64,000 bases of DNA from Candidatus Kapaibacterium sp. (GTDB lineage: Bacteria > Bacteroidota > Ignavibacteria > Kapaibacteriales > UBA2268). Below the pieces are notes generated by a model, which worked only from the letters and a program-made list of their open reading frames with translations, did no database searches and was not told the DNA's origin. This document shows positions 36,680-46,362 of the stretch, in pieces. A program made the position numbers and the translations under genes. The DNA lies in assembly GCA_963664875.1 (NCBI GenBank), contig OY761611.1:1-64000 (forward strand), in the 5' to 3' direction. Numbering within the stretch: the first letter of the stretch is position 1; every line of letters begins with the position of its first letter.

Positions 36680-37678
36680 ATGTCTAAAATTCAACATATA
36701 ATACACTTACGCGATTGCCTGATGGCAGGGCAGAGGCTCGATTCTAATAATATAATTGAGCTTTTGAAAGATGAGTTTGATGCCAAAATAGACAAACGAA
36801 CAGCTCAGCGCTATATAAGTGAACTAAAGAATATGGAAGATCTTTATGTCGAAGAGAATATTGAAGGCAAAAAGATTATAATATACATTAGCGGCGAAAA
36901 CCGAAGAAGCTTCAGAGAGACCAATCCGTTGCCTAATCCGGGGAATTATCTGCTGTCGCTCAATGTTTTGAAGGCTCATCTTAAATCATTTGCCGGAACA
37001 AAAATTGAGAAAAATACGAATGAGTTAATATCTGAGATTGAAAAGGTTACTAAAAATAAAACCGAAATCTTTACTTCAAAAAGTCTGTTTTGGAATCAAA
37101 ATCACGGTAGCTACGATTATTCACCTCACGCAAAAACAATTGACCATATAACCGATTTAATAACTCAGCAAAAACTTCAATATGTGAGCTACGGAGATGC
37201 TCACAAACCTAATGGGTTTGTAGCTCAGCTTTGTGAGTTTTTTACATATAATGGCACTTTGTATGTAGCCGCTTACGTTTTTAAGCATAAGCATCATATA
37301 GCTCTTGCAGTGCAAAACATACTTAAACTTACTGATCTAAGCAAGGAAGACCAAGATCACTACTCCAATATCAATGTACCTCTCTTCTCATTCGAGGAGT
37401 TCAAAAGATATAGATTTGGCGTACATGAAGGCGAAATAAAAAAAGTTCGCCTTGAAGTCAGCAAAGAGCACAAACACTACTTCCTAAACCGCAATTTCCA
37501 CGACTCTCAAATAAATCTCTACGAAAACGACCCGGGCAGGCAAATGCAAATCACCTTAGAAGTTCCACTAAGCCCTGAATTAGTATCATGGATTCTCTCA
37601 TGGGGTGGGGAATTACAGGTAGTTTCTCCTAAAGAGTTGAAGGAGATGGTGGCAGAAAAGGCGAGGAGGTTGGTGTAG
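36680..37678 (+). CDS. HTH-WYL-WCX transcriptional regulator
   Basis: wHTH KRTAQRYISEL; YNGTLYV; WCX-type HDSQ...ELVSWILSWGGELQVVSPKELK. Confidence 0.9.
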   Translation: MSKIQHIIHLRDCLMAGQRLDSNNIIELLKDEFDAKIDKRTAQRYISELKNMEDLYVEENIEGKKIIIYISGENRRSFRETNPLPNPGNYLLSLNVLKAHLKSFAGTKIEKNTNELISEIEKVTKNKTEIFTSKSLFWNQNHGSYDYSPHAKTIDHITDLITQQKLQYVSYGDAHKPNGFVAQLCEFFTYNGTLYVAAYVFKHKHHIALAVQNILKLTDLSKEDQDHYSNINVPLFSFEEFKRYRFGVHEGEIKKVRLEVSKEHKHYFLNRNFHDSQINLYENDPGRQMQITLEVPLSPELVSWILSWGGELQVVSPKELKEMVAEKARRLV

Positions 37679-37742
37679 AAATGCTCTAAAATCAAGGTTG
37701 TTTGAAGTAAACTTTGCGAGCTTTAGTGTCTGATTGCATAAT

Positions 37743-37845
37743 GCACAACGGTAAGTGTAAGAGTAGTGGCAGATTGCGTGGTGCTTTCCTGTTAAGTTAC
37801 AAGATAGTAGAATCTGGCTACAACCCTTGAATTCACTACTATCCG
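37743..37845 (-). repeat. Degenerate attC-like cassette repeat (one arm retained)
   Basis: Minus strand ...GCAATCTGCCACTACTCTTACACTTACCGTTGTGC ends in a GTT core; resembles long Bacteroidota cassette repeats. Confidence 0.55.
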
Positions 37846-37878
37846 TCAAAAGTACTACGTTTTTTTTGACGACCGGAA

Positions 37879-38658
37879 TTATTTCATACTCAACACAAAT
37901 GGCAAGTACTCTTTTTTGTTTTCATATTCAAAGAGTAATAATTCTTTTAATGTTTCATTGTTTCTCATATACATATACATTGCTCCTTGTGCTCTTAAAA
38001 GTCTCTCGTTATCTTCAATTCCTAAATGTATTTTATACAACTCCTTAATTCCTTTAACAAATTCATTATACATATTGAATTGTTCACCCTGATAATTATT
38101 TACTATCGTACTAAAACAAAATGCTTCAACTTGCGGATTTCTTTCGTTTTCTGTTTCTGCTAATCCATTGATTCCTGTGCATACTTGACCAACATAGAAT
38201 CCTTCCTCATTGATTTCTAGAATCAAAAAGTATTTTACAGCGATATTTAATAATTCGTTTATTGAAACTGTGTCTGGAATATAGTTCGATATATCTGTAA
38301 TCTTTTTTGTCAGTTTTTCCATTTCTCTATTAAATATACTATCGTTTTCTAGTGATCTAATAAATTCAGCTTGAAGTTCAATAGTATCACTTATAGCCAG
38401 AAGTTTTTCATGGTTTGAATCGTCTGAAAAATGAGTTCGTAAATAATCGATATATTCTCTATTATTGTTTACTAAACCTGAAAAACAAGAGTTGGAATCA
38501 ATTTCATTCACGGTCTGGATTAAATATTCAGTTTCTCCGTATTTCCTTTTTTCTATTTTGAATATTTTATGATATTCATCTTCAATTTTACAGTTAGTCT
38601 GAGAAGATAAATCTACTGTAACTAGTCCAATTATTAAAATCAACAATAATCGTATCAT
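37879..38658 (-). CDS. Secreted hypothetical protein, possibly a former gene cassette
   Basis: Signal peptide MIRLLLILIIGLVTVDLSSQ; followed by the attC-like remnant. Confidence 0.75.
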   Translation of the reverse strand: MIRLLLILIIGLVTVDLSSQTNCKIEDEYHKIFKIEKRKYGETEYLIQTVNEIDSNSCFSGLVNNNREYIDYLRTHFSDDSNHEKLLAISDTIELQAEFIRSLENDSIFNREMEKLTKKITDISNYIPDTVSINELLNIAVKYFLILEINEEGFYVGQVCTGINGLAETENERNPQVEAFCFSTIVNNYQGEQFNMYNEFVKGIKELYKIHLGIEDNERLLRAQGAMYMYMRNNETLKELLLFEYENKKEYLPFVLSMK

Positions 38659-38894
38659 ATTCACTTTTTTATGGTTACAAATATTTATATAGACCAAATA
38701 TAAAAATAATTATCAAATAAACTTATATGTTTTAGTTTATCTTCCAAGTTAGAATGCAAAAACGATATTTTTTTCTATCGGGTTTATCCGACTGGTATGA
38801 CGTTATTGTATAATAAATCCCTCAATTACAAAACGCCACTCCGGCATAAGCAAACTTGAACTCGATTTGCAGTTCGTTTTCTGAGCTATTCTTT

Positions 38895-38927
38895 CTACCT
38901 CTACCTCTTCCTCTTCCTCTTCCTCTT
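38895..38927. repeat. Hexamer microsatellite (CTCTAC/CTCTTC)n
   Basis: CTACCTCTACCTCTTCCTCTTCCTCTTCCTCTT. Confidence 0.8.
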
Positions 38928-39201
38928 AAACTTCACACCAACATAAGTCCTAACAGGATTACCCCTTTCCAAATCCCAATGATTTAGCCATCCGAAAATC
39001 AAATAGAATCTCTCAGTAAAATCAATCGTAGGGTAGAAGTATTATTCTCTAAATCTGATTACGATGAAATATTCTATGATTCTGAGATATGCCAATTATA
39101 GGCAAAAGAAGTACGATAGTAAAATAGATATTTTCATACTCGTCTTTAAAGTTGCAAAAACCTAATATCAGAATTTCAAAATTTACAAATGAGTAAATAA
39201 T

Positions 39202-39858
39202 ATGCTTAAATATTATCTGTTTTTTATCCTTGCTATTCTCGTTTCCTGCAATCAAACGCAAGCTCCTATTCCTGAAAACAAAATACCGACTTCGCCTTTC
39301 GAAGTAAATCCGATTAAAAATGGAGAAGAGTTCCCGGTTATGAGTTTAAAGTCTGCAAATGGAGACTTGATTGATATTGATTCGCTGATTAGCACCCAGC
39401 CAACCATTTTTGTATATTTTCGAGGAGGCTGGTGTTATTATTGCAATTTACATTTTGACCAAATCCATACAGTAGAAGATTCATTGATGGGGCTCGGTTA
39501 TCGCCTTGTGATGGTTTCGTCTGATTTGCCTGAAAAGATGACACCAGGAATGAAGCAATATGCCAATAAAATGCTTATCCTTTCAGATTCTGAGTCCAAA
39601 TTAGCCAAAGAGTTGGGGATTGCTTATGCCTTAGAAAAATCAGTTTATCAGGATTTGATTGATTTAGGTATAAATCTCGAAGAAACACAAGGTAATACAG
39701 AACACCTCCTACCTGTGCCTGCAGTTTTCTATGTAGATAAACTTGGTATTATAAATTTTCAATATGTCAATCCGAATCACAAAATAAGGCTGCATCCTAA
39801 AGTGATGTTATGTGCTGCTGAGGCATATTTGAATTATAATATAGATGCAGACAGTTAA
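39202..39858 (+). CDS. Peroxiredoxin-like (AhpC/TSA family) lipoprotein
   Basis: Lipobox ILVSC; FRGGWCYYC; LPVPAVF. Confidence 0.85.
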   Translation: MLKYYLFFILAILVSCNQTQAPIPENKIPTSPFEVNPIKNGEEFPVMSLKSANGDLIDIDSLISTQPTIFVYFRGGWCYYCNLHFDQIHTVEDSLMGLGYRLVMVSSDLPEKMTPGMKQYANKMLILSDSESKLAKELGIAYALEKSVYQDLIDLGINLEETQGNTEHLLPVPAVFYVDKLGIINFQYVNPNHKIRLHPKVMLCAAEAYLNYNIDADS

Positions 39859-39940
39859 GGAATGTCCAATATGAACTGATATTTAGCAAGCAAATCCGTA
39901 TATTTGTTTTTACATAATTTTCAATTTCGGAGAATCTTTC

Positions 39941-41236
39941 ATGGTACCTCGTTATACTCGCCCGGAAATGGGGCAAATCTGGACAGAAGAAAACAAATAT
40001 AAAATTTGGTTAGAAATCGAAGTTTTAGCTGTTGAAGCGCAAGCCGAAATGGGAATTATTCCAATGGATGCAGCTAAAGAAATCAGAGCTAAAGCTAACT
40101 GCGACGCTGACAAAATCAACGAAATAGAAAAAGTTACTAAGCATGATGTGATTGCTTTTTTGACAAATGTCGAAGAATATGTCGGCGAGGTATCTCGATT
40201 TATACATCTTGGTATGACTTCAAGTGACGTATTAGATACTTGTCTTGCTGTCCAATCTAAGCAAGCCGGCGAGCTACTAATGAAAGATTTAGAAAAATTG
40301 AAAGAAGTACTTGCAAGAAGAGCTAAAGAGCATAAACACACTGTTTGCGTTGGCAGAAGCCACGGCATCCACGCAGAAGCTATGACTTTTGGTATGAAGT
40401 TCGCTTTGTGGTATGACGAATGTACAAGAAATATTACACGCCTCAAAGCAGCTATGGATGAGGTTTGTGTTGGTCAGATTTCAGGTGCTGTTGGTACTTA
40501 CGAACACTTATCTCCACAAGTTGAAGAATTTGTATGCGAAAAACTTGGTTTGGGAGTGTCCGCAATTTCAACTCAGGTTATCCAAAGAGATCGCCATGCT
40601 TCGTTTATGCTAGCAATTGCACAAATTGGTTCAATGCTTGAAAAAATTGCAATTGAAATCAGACACCTGCAAAGAACTGAAGTTTTGGAAGCAGAGGAAT
40701 TCTTCTCTAAAGGTCAAAAAGGCAGCTCTGCTATGCCTCATAAACGTAACCCGATCGCTTCAGAAAATATAGCCGGTCAAGCAAGACTTTTACGTACAAA
40801 TGCACTTGCTGCAATAGAAAATAATGCCTTATGGCATGAAAGAGATATATCTCACAGTAGCGTAGAAAGAGTCATTTTCCCTGATTCTACTATCTCTTGC
40901 GACTACATCTTAAACAGAGCAATCAATCTTTTAGATAATTTGCTTGTTTATCCTGAAAATATGGAAAGAAACCTTAATATAACTCACGGTTTGGTCAACT
41001 CACAAAAAGTGCTTTTAGAACTTGCTAAACGCGGCTTAAAACGCCAGGCTGCTTATGTAATGGTTCAGCAATCAGCAATGAGAACTTGGGCTGAGAAAGT
41101 TCCGTTTATGCAAACATTGCTCGAAAATGATGAGCTTATGCAGCATATAACTAAGGAAGAAATCGAAAAATTATTCAATCACGATCAAATATTTGAAAGT
41201 GCAGATTATATTTTCAAGAGATTAGGATTGGACTAA
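39941..41236 (+). CDS. purB: Adenylosuccinate lyase
   Basis: HDVIAF, GRSHGIHAE, GSSAMPHKRNP, ERDISHSSVER. Confidence 0.97.
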   Translation: MVPRYTRPEMGQIWTEENKYKIWLEIEVLAVEAQAEMGIIPMDAAKEIRAKANCDADKINEIEKVTKHDVIAFLTNVEEYVGEVSRFIHLGMTSSDVLDTCLAVQSKQAGELLMKDLEKLKEVLARRAKEHKHTVCVGRSHGIHAEAMTFGMKFALWYDECTRNITRLKAAMDEVCVGQISGAVGTYEHLSPQVEEFVCEKLGLGVSAISTQVIQRDRHASFMLAIAQIGSMLEKIAIEIRHLQRTEVLEAEEFFSKGQKGSSAMPHKRNPIASENIAGQARLLRTNALAAIENNALWHERDISHSSVERVIFPDSTISCDYILNRAINLLDNLLVYPENMERNLNITHGLVNSQKVLLELAKRGLKRQAAYVMVQQSAMRTWAEKVPFMQTLLENDELMQHITKEEIEKLFNHDQIFESADYIFKRLGLD

Positions 41237-41257
41237 AATAATCCTAAATACTAATAA

Positions 41258-41295
41258 AAAAGAGGGTTTGACTTTAATTAGTCAAACCCTCTTTT
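41258..41295. terminator. Bidirectional intrinsic terminator
   Basis: AAAAGAGGGTTTGACT / AGTCAAACCCTCTTTT between convergent genes. Confidence 0.85.
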
Positions 41296-41414
41296 ATACT
41301 TTGTGTTATGCTATCTGTTGTTTGTGTTATAGTGCAATCGTCAGTTGAAATTCAAAAAACACTTTTAACTTACTTTAATATACCGAGAATACAATTTATA
41401 AATAAAACAATAAA

Positions 41415-42164
41415 CTAAACAATGCCCAACATTCTGACTGCCATTATCAAAATTGCAACTATCATGACTATTTTAATAGCTTTTTCGCCTTTTTTGACTG
41501 CTAACTTGGCAGAAATCCATGCACCTGTGGAGGTTCCTGCTGCCATAGCAAGTCCAAGAGGCCAATTTACATTACCTGAAAAAGCAAAAATCAATAAGGA
41601 TGGGATAGTAAAGAAAAAGACAATAAATACCTTATGCATATTTACAAAGTCTAAGCGAAGTTTAAGTATATTGTAGAGTGCAGCCATTAGTAAAAAGCCA
41701 ACTCCTACCTGCATAAAACCACCGTAGAATCCGATGATAAACATCGCTGTAAATATTTTAAAATTAGATTGATTTTCGGCATCTTCTATTATTTCTATTT
41801 TCTTGCGTGGCAGAAGCATCGAAATAACTACGCCAATCATCGCAATGCTGAGTATGATTTTGAACGTTTCATTACTCATATTGATAGCAAAAAATGCTCC
41901 TGTGATAGCTCCGGGTAAAGTAAAAAGTGCCATTTTCAAACTGATTTTGAACTTAGAGTATTTTTCTTTTCTAAAGGAAACGATGGCAGATAAGTTTTGT
42001 AGTAATATCCCTACTCTGTTTGTTCCATTGGCTAAGGGTGCATCCATTCCCATAAAAATCAATGCAGGCAAAAGTAAGGTAGAGCCTCCGCCTGCCATAA
42101 CATTGATAAAGCCTGATACCAGACCAAGACCGAAAAGTAAAAGTATATTTTCCGGAGTTATCAT
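41415..42164 (-). CDS. TauE/SafE sulfite exporter family protein
   Basis: AGGGS, ANGTNR, GFYGGF; multiple TMs. Confidence 0.9.
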   Translation of the reverse strand: MITPENILLLFGLGLVSGFINVMAGGGSTLLLPALIFMGMDAPLANGTNRVGILLQNLSAIVSFRKEKYSKFKISLKMALFTLPGAITGAFFAINMSNETFKIILSIAMIGVVISMLLPRKKIEIIEDAENQSNFKIFTAMFIIGFYGGFMQVGVGFLLMAALYNILKLRLDFVNMHKVFIVFFFTIPSLLIFAFSGNVNWPLGLAMAAGTSTGAWISAKLAVKKGEKAIKIVMIVAILIMAVRMLGIV

Positions 42165-43516
42165 TTTGTTCCTTCTTCAATTGATTTGCTGGCATTTACC
42201 ACCTGACCGGATCTCAACTTAATAGAAAGGCTAATAATTTTTCCATCATCATTTTTTTCAAACTCTAAAGGAGATTCCATATCTTCAATAATAAATTTTG
42301 TATCTGAAAGTGGGAGTAATCTGTAAATGCCCCAATTTGCACTTTCTAAGGTTAGGTAATCTAATTCACGGTTGATGGCAATTTGTTCCCATGGCAAACT
42401 ATAAGTGCCCATGTAATCAGCAAACTTTCTTTCTTCTATTTTGATAGGTTCTGTTTTTTTTGGATTATCAGGTAAGTATGCGAGAGGTGCGTCGGGATTT
42501 GCCTTTGTGTCTATTGCATCAATTGCTTTCAGGCACAATTTTTCGAAATCTACATAAGTCATAGACTTCCCGGCGTAAGTATCCATCCTGTTTACTATCA
42601 CCATATCAGACTTAGGAATGACAGCAAGAAAATGTCCGGCACCGGCAGCTATTATTGCATTCTGCTTGCCAAGTTCTCCTTTGGGTATCCACCACATCAA
42701 ACCATGTCCTTCGAAAACCTGTGCGAAAGAACCAATATCAGTACTTCTCGGATAGCTTGAAATGTTGTACCACGCTTCAGAAAACAATGTTTGGTTGCCC
42801 CATTTTCCTTTATTGAGATAGAGCATTCCAAGTCTGGCAAAGTCTCTGGTTGACATTTTCATAGGATATGCAGGGAAAAAAGAATGTTTAGCTTCCCAAT
42901 GATGATAACCATCAATAAATCGGAAATCCTGCATTCCAAGGTTTCGGGCAATTCTAATCATAAAAAGTTCAAAAAAGTCCTGCTTAAAACCACTTTCGAG
43001 TATTTGACCAAGTACATTCGAATCCCAATTGTTCATATAGAACATAGATCCCGGTGCGAGTGTATCTCGCTTAGGTTTAAGCTCTCTTGAGCGTGGAGAT
43101 TCATAAGCTGCATCGTGAAAGACGCAAGATCGCAAAGCGAGTAAGTCTATAATTTTTGCATTTTTTTCGTTATCGGAGAGTTTGCCCATGTCATCTATAC
43201 CCATTTGGGCTAATGTCAGATTTGTATCAATCTGACCTTGAGACACAAATGTACCGTAAAGGGCATGAATCAAATTATTACGTAGGGAGTGAAGCATAAA
43301 TCTTCGGTAAATATCACCCCACGAAGCAGCTACTCTGCCGTTTCTTATCATCATAAAAGCATCACTCTTCAAACTGTCGAAGTCTGATTTGAGCTCCTCC
43401 ATCTTTTTTGTATTTAAACCGGCATCTTCATAATTTGTATAAATTTGCCAAGGACCGGCTGCCGTTTCAGATGCTAATAAGGCAAAAACAAGCAATATCG
43501 CATAAAAGAATTTCAA
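42161..43516 (-). CDS. Beta-lactamase-like serine hydrolase homologue with altered catalytic motifs
   Basis: HSLRN, FYMNNWD, MSTRDFARLGMLYLNKGKW, GLMWW; signal peptide; GGAG before TTG. Confidence 0.8.
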   Translation of the reverse strand: MKFFYAILLVFALLASETAAGPWQIYTNYEDAGLNTKKMEELKSDFDSLKSDAFMMIRNGRVAASWGDIYRRFMLHSLRNNLIHALYGTFVSQGQIDTNLTLAQMGIDDMGKLSDNEKNAKIIDLLALRSCVFHDAAYESPRSRELKPKRDTLAPGSMFYMNNWDSNVLGQILESGFKQDFFELFMIRIARNLGMQDFRFIDGYHHWEAKHSFFPAYPMKMSTRDFARLGMLYLNKGKWGNQTLFSEAWYNISSYPRSTDIGSFAQVFEGHGLMWWIPKGELGKQNAIIAAGAGHFLAVIPKSDMVIVNRMDTYAGKSMTYVDFEKLCLKAIDAIDTKANPDAPLAYLPDNPKKTEPIKIEERKFADYMGTYSLPWEQIAINRELDYLTLESANWGIYRLLPLSDTKFIIEDMESPLEFEKNDDGKIISLSIKLRSGQVVNASKSIEEGTK

Positions 43517-43783
43517 ATCTAAACTCCGGTATCTAAAAAGACAAATATATATATTTCAATTCAAAATATTGCTATCTAATATATTTAGCTCAAAAATCCG
43601 AACAAAAACGATTACTATTTTTACAATTTTTTGCCAACAATAATTATTAAATCGACAAAATTGTCGAGAGTTCCAAATTACAAAATGCAGGATATTTGCA
43701 AATAAACGGCATTATTGCTAATGGCACGAATCTTGTATAATAAAAACTATAATTGTAAAACACATTTATTTTCGGAGAATAAA

Positions 43784-44071
43784 ATGAAGAGATTTTTTGC
43801 AACACTTATGTTGGGTGCCTTCTTATTCGGTGCTGGCTCAATGGTTTTAACAGCTCAAGATAATATGAAACCGGTTTCTAAAAAAGAAATTATTTCTTCT
43901 GATAAAAAAGTTGAAAAGAAAGAAGCTTGCTGCGACAAAACACAGAAAAAAGACGGCACTTGCACTGACAAAAAAACTGACAAAAAAGAAGCTTGCTGCT
44001 CTGATAAAAAATCAGGTTGCAATGACGCTAAACAAGGTCATAAACACACTGGTTGCAACGGCCACAAATAA
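43784..44071 (+). CDS. Small secreted Cys/Lys-rich protein, probable metal binder
   Basis: Signal peptide; KKEACC twice; His-rich end; GGAG RBS. Confidence 0.75.
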   Translation: MKRFFATLMLGAFLFGAGSMVLTAQDNMKPVSKKEIISSDKKVEKKEACCDKTQKKDGTCTDKKTDKKEACCSDKKSGCNDAKQGHKHTGCNGHK

Positions 44072-44099
44072 GCTTACTAAAGCTAAATTTCTATAAAGC

Positions 44100-44134
44100 A
44101 AAGCCCTTCACTACATATTAGTTAAGGGCTTTTT
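44100..44134. terminator. Intrinsic terminator between convergent genes
   Basis: AAAGCCCTT / AAGGGCTTT. Confidence 0.65.
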
Positions 44135-44168
44135 AGTTTTTTAAAATTCTTCTTGCCGGAAGTATTCA

Positions 44169-46226
44169 CTATTCGACAATATAAATAGCTTTTGTGTCGG
44201 AAAAGTTAGCTGAGAGAATTTTTACAAAGTATGCTCCGGTGCTGAGCTGTTCGCTGAGGAAACGCAATTCATTGTCTGAAGAACTTATTGTGCCTTCAAA
44301 TATAGTTCTGATATAGTTCCCATTCAAATCATATAGCTTTACCGAGTGAAACGAGCCCGCCGGCAAATGATAAAGCAGTGTTGCATATTCTCCGTTTTTG
44401 AGAACATTGGGAAAAATTTTGCTGTCTATAATATCATCTTTACTTTCGACAAGGCTGTATGTGCCGCCTATGCTTTTGTGCAATACGCTCATAGGATCTA
44501 TTTCGACAAAGTTAAATCCTTTAGGTGTAATGAAGTCGAATAGCTGATGTTGTTTGTCGTTAATAAATTGATTGCTGATAAAAATAATATTGTCGCTTCC
44601 GTCAGTCAATTTGAATCTAATCGGCATCTTATAAAATTCGGGAGCGAATTTGTTGATTTGTTGCTGATCAATGCTGACAAATACTTTTAGACTATCTGTG
44701 GAGTATTCTTCTGTTTTATATCCGATTTTATAAATAGGATGTCCCGGCATATCCAACCACTGATAGAAAAAAGTATCCCAGTCGATTGGTGGATTAGGGA
44801 TTAAGTCTTTCAATGCCTCTTTGAACATATCAGTGCTTACGGATTGATACTTATATCTGTCTAATATTCCTCTTAGTGCAGCAAGAAAATTATCTTTCCC
44901 AACCATTTCGCTCATCATGTGGTAAAACCAGCCGGATTTGTAGTACGCTAAAGTATATTGGCTACCAAATATTTCGTATGTGTTCATCTGTCTGATAGCT
45001 GTTGTAACTTCGTTGTCCATGAAATATCGATTTGCATAATTACGTAATACTCCTTCATAATACGAAGGATCCCAAGAGCTAAGAAAGAGGGCTTCACTCC
45101 AGGTAGCTCCACCTTCATTTATCCAAATATCCTGCCACGAATTGCATGTTATCAAATCACCTAACCAATGGTGAGCAAGTTCGTGAGCTATGCCATGAGA
45201 AACATTACCGGTTAGCCAGTTACGGTGTACAGAAGTAGCAGTTTGATGTTCCATACCTCCAAAAGAAAAAGGTGCAACACAGATATGAGCATACTTTTCA
45301 AATGGGTAGTCGCCAAAGTTTAGTTCAAAGAAAGACATCATTTCAGGGAAATTAGCAAAAGTTCTGTTTGCATCTAATACTCCGTTGCTGACAGTATCTT
45401 GTGCCCATACATAATGCTGAATTTCTATGTTTCCGCTTTGGTTCTTCAATGGATATGATTGAGTAAGTTTAATATATTTAGAAGCATTTGCTACCATGAG
45501 GTAGGTCGCCATAGGATGTGCAGATTTCCAGTTAAAAATTGTATATTTATCACCATTTTCAGTGCTCTGGAGCAGTCCGTTAGAAATGAATTCAAATCCT
45601 GTCGGCACTTTACCGCTAATTTCGACAATAGCTTTGTCTGAAGGCAAATCACTACAAGGTACCCAATATCTTGCATCATCAGGTTCGCTCATGGTGTAGG
45701 CTATAACTTCGGGATTATAATTGTAACTTACTGAAGCCGGTTTATTAAATAGATAGAATCCTTTTGCTTGCTCGCTGCTGAATGTAAAGTATATTTTTAC
45801 ATTGATGTCTGCCTCAGGCGAAAGAGGAGATGAAAAATTTACAGAAAGCAATTCAGGCATTTTTTGAAAATCCGTCCATTTTATGTTATCCACAAAGACA
45901 GAATCAATAATCAAAGTGCTTTGAGCATCGAAAAGCAATCTGTCAGTCTCTTCTTGGATTGTAAGGCTTATGGAATTGATTCCACTGTAAGTCTTAGTAG
46001 GTTTCTCAGGTGAATTGAGAGCATTGTACCAATCCAAAAAAATCTGATACTTTTTTACATCGTAATTTTTAGAAACAGGTTCTGCTAATAATTCATCTGA
46101 ATGCAGATGTTTATGTATGTTGCAGATTTTTTGCTCAAAATGTGAACCCTGAATCATATAGTCAGGTGTTTGTGCAAAACTATTTGTAATAAAGAGAATG
46201 GCTACAAGACAGTGTATTAGTTTCAT
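44169..46226 (-). CDS. M1 family aminopeptidase with a T9SS-type C-terminal domain
   Basis: GGMEH, HELAH...INEG, YYKSG; C-terminal IFPN...LYDLNG...LSTGAYFVKI. Confidence 0.9.
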   Translation of the reverse strand: MKLIHCLVAILFITNSFAQTPDYMIQGSHFEQKICNIHKHLHSDELLAEPVSKNYDVKKYQIFLDWYNALNSPEKPTKTYSGINSISLTIQEETDRLLFDAQSTLIIDSVFVDNIKWTDFQKMPELLSVNFSSPLSPEADINVKIYFTFSSEQAKGFYLFNKPASVSYNYNPEVIAYTMSEPDDARYWVPCSDLPSDKAIVEISGKVPTGFEFISNGLLQSTENGDKYTIFNWKSAHPMATYLMVANASKYIKLTQSYPLKNQSGNIEIQHYVWAQDTVSNGVLDANRTFANFPEMMSFFELNFGDYPFEKYAHICVAPFSFGGMEHQTATSVHRNWLTGNVSHGIAHELAHHWLGDLITCNSWQDIWINEGGATWSEALFLSSWDPSYYEGVLRNYANRYFMDNEVTTAIRQMNTYEIFGSQYTLAYYKSGWFYHMMSEMVGKDNFLAALRGILDRYKYQSVSTDMFKEALKDLIPNPPIDWDTFFYQWLDMPGHPIYKIGYKTEEYSTDSLKVFVSIDQQQINKFAPEFYKMPIRFKLTDGSDNIIFISNQFINDKQHQLFDFITPKGFNFVEIDPMSVLHKSIGGTYSLVESKDDIIDSKIFPNVLKNGEYATLLYHLPAGSFHSVKLYDLNGNYIRTIFEGTISSSDNELRFLSEQLSTGAYFVKILSANFSDTKAIYIVE

Positions 46227-46362
46227 TCCTTAACCCAATTTTATGTAAATGTTAGAAAAATTCTTGAAATTGCAAAATAATCAAAAATCATTAAAAGGCT
46301 TAGCCGTTTACTAAATAAACCACAAAATACGAAAAAGTTACATTAATACTAGGTAATAGCTT

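Larger units (their letters stand above)
11650..38930. mobile_element. tRNA-adjacent accessory (defence-like) island with no integrase in the window; boundaries approximate
   Basis: Non-housekeeping block between the tRNA and prx-purB with McrBC, WYL, IS and attC remnants and gene fragments. Confidence 0.7.

Noticed and set aside
36488-36706. N-terminal extension of the 538-aa ORF
   Set aside because: Overlaps the WYL start and box 6; paralogue homology begins at Met 36487
11650-38930. Intact prophage or ICE
   Set aside because: No integrase, terminase, capsid, tail, relaxase or T4SS genes
43652-43667. Palindrome as a seventh WYL box
   Set aside because: GAC-N6-GTC spacing rather than N7, no N9-TAnATT, and outside the island
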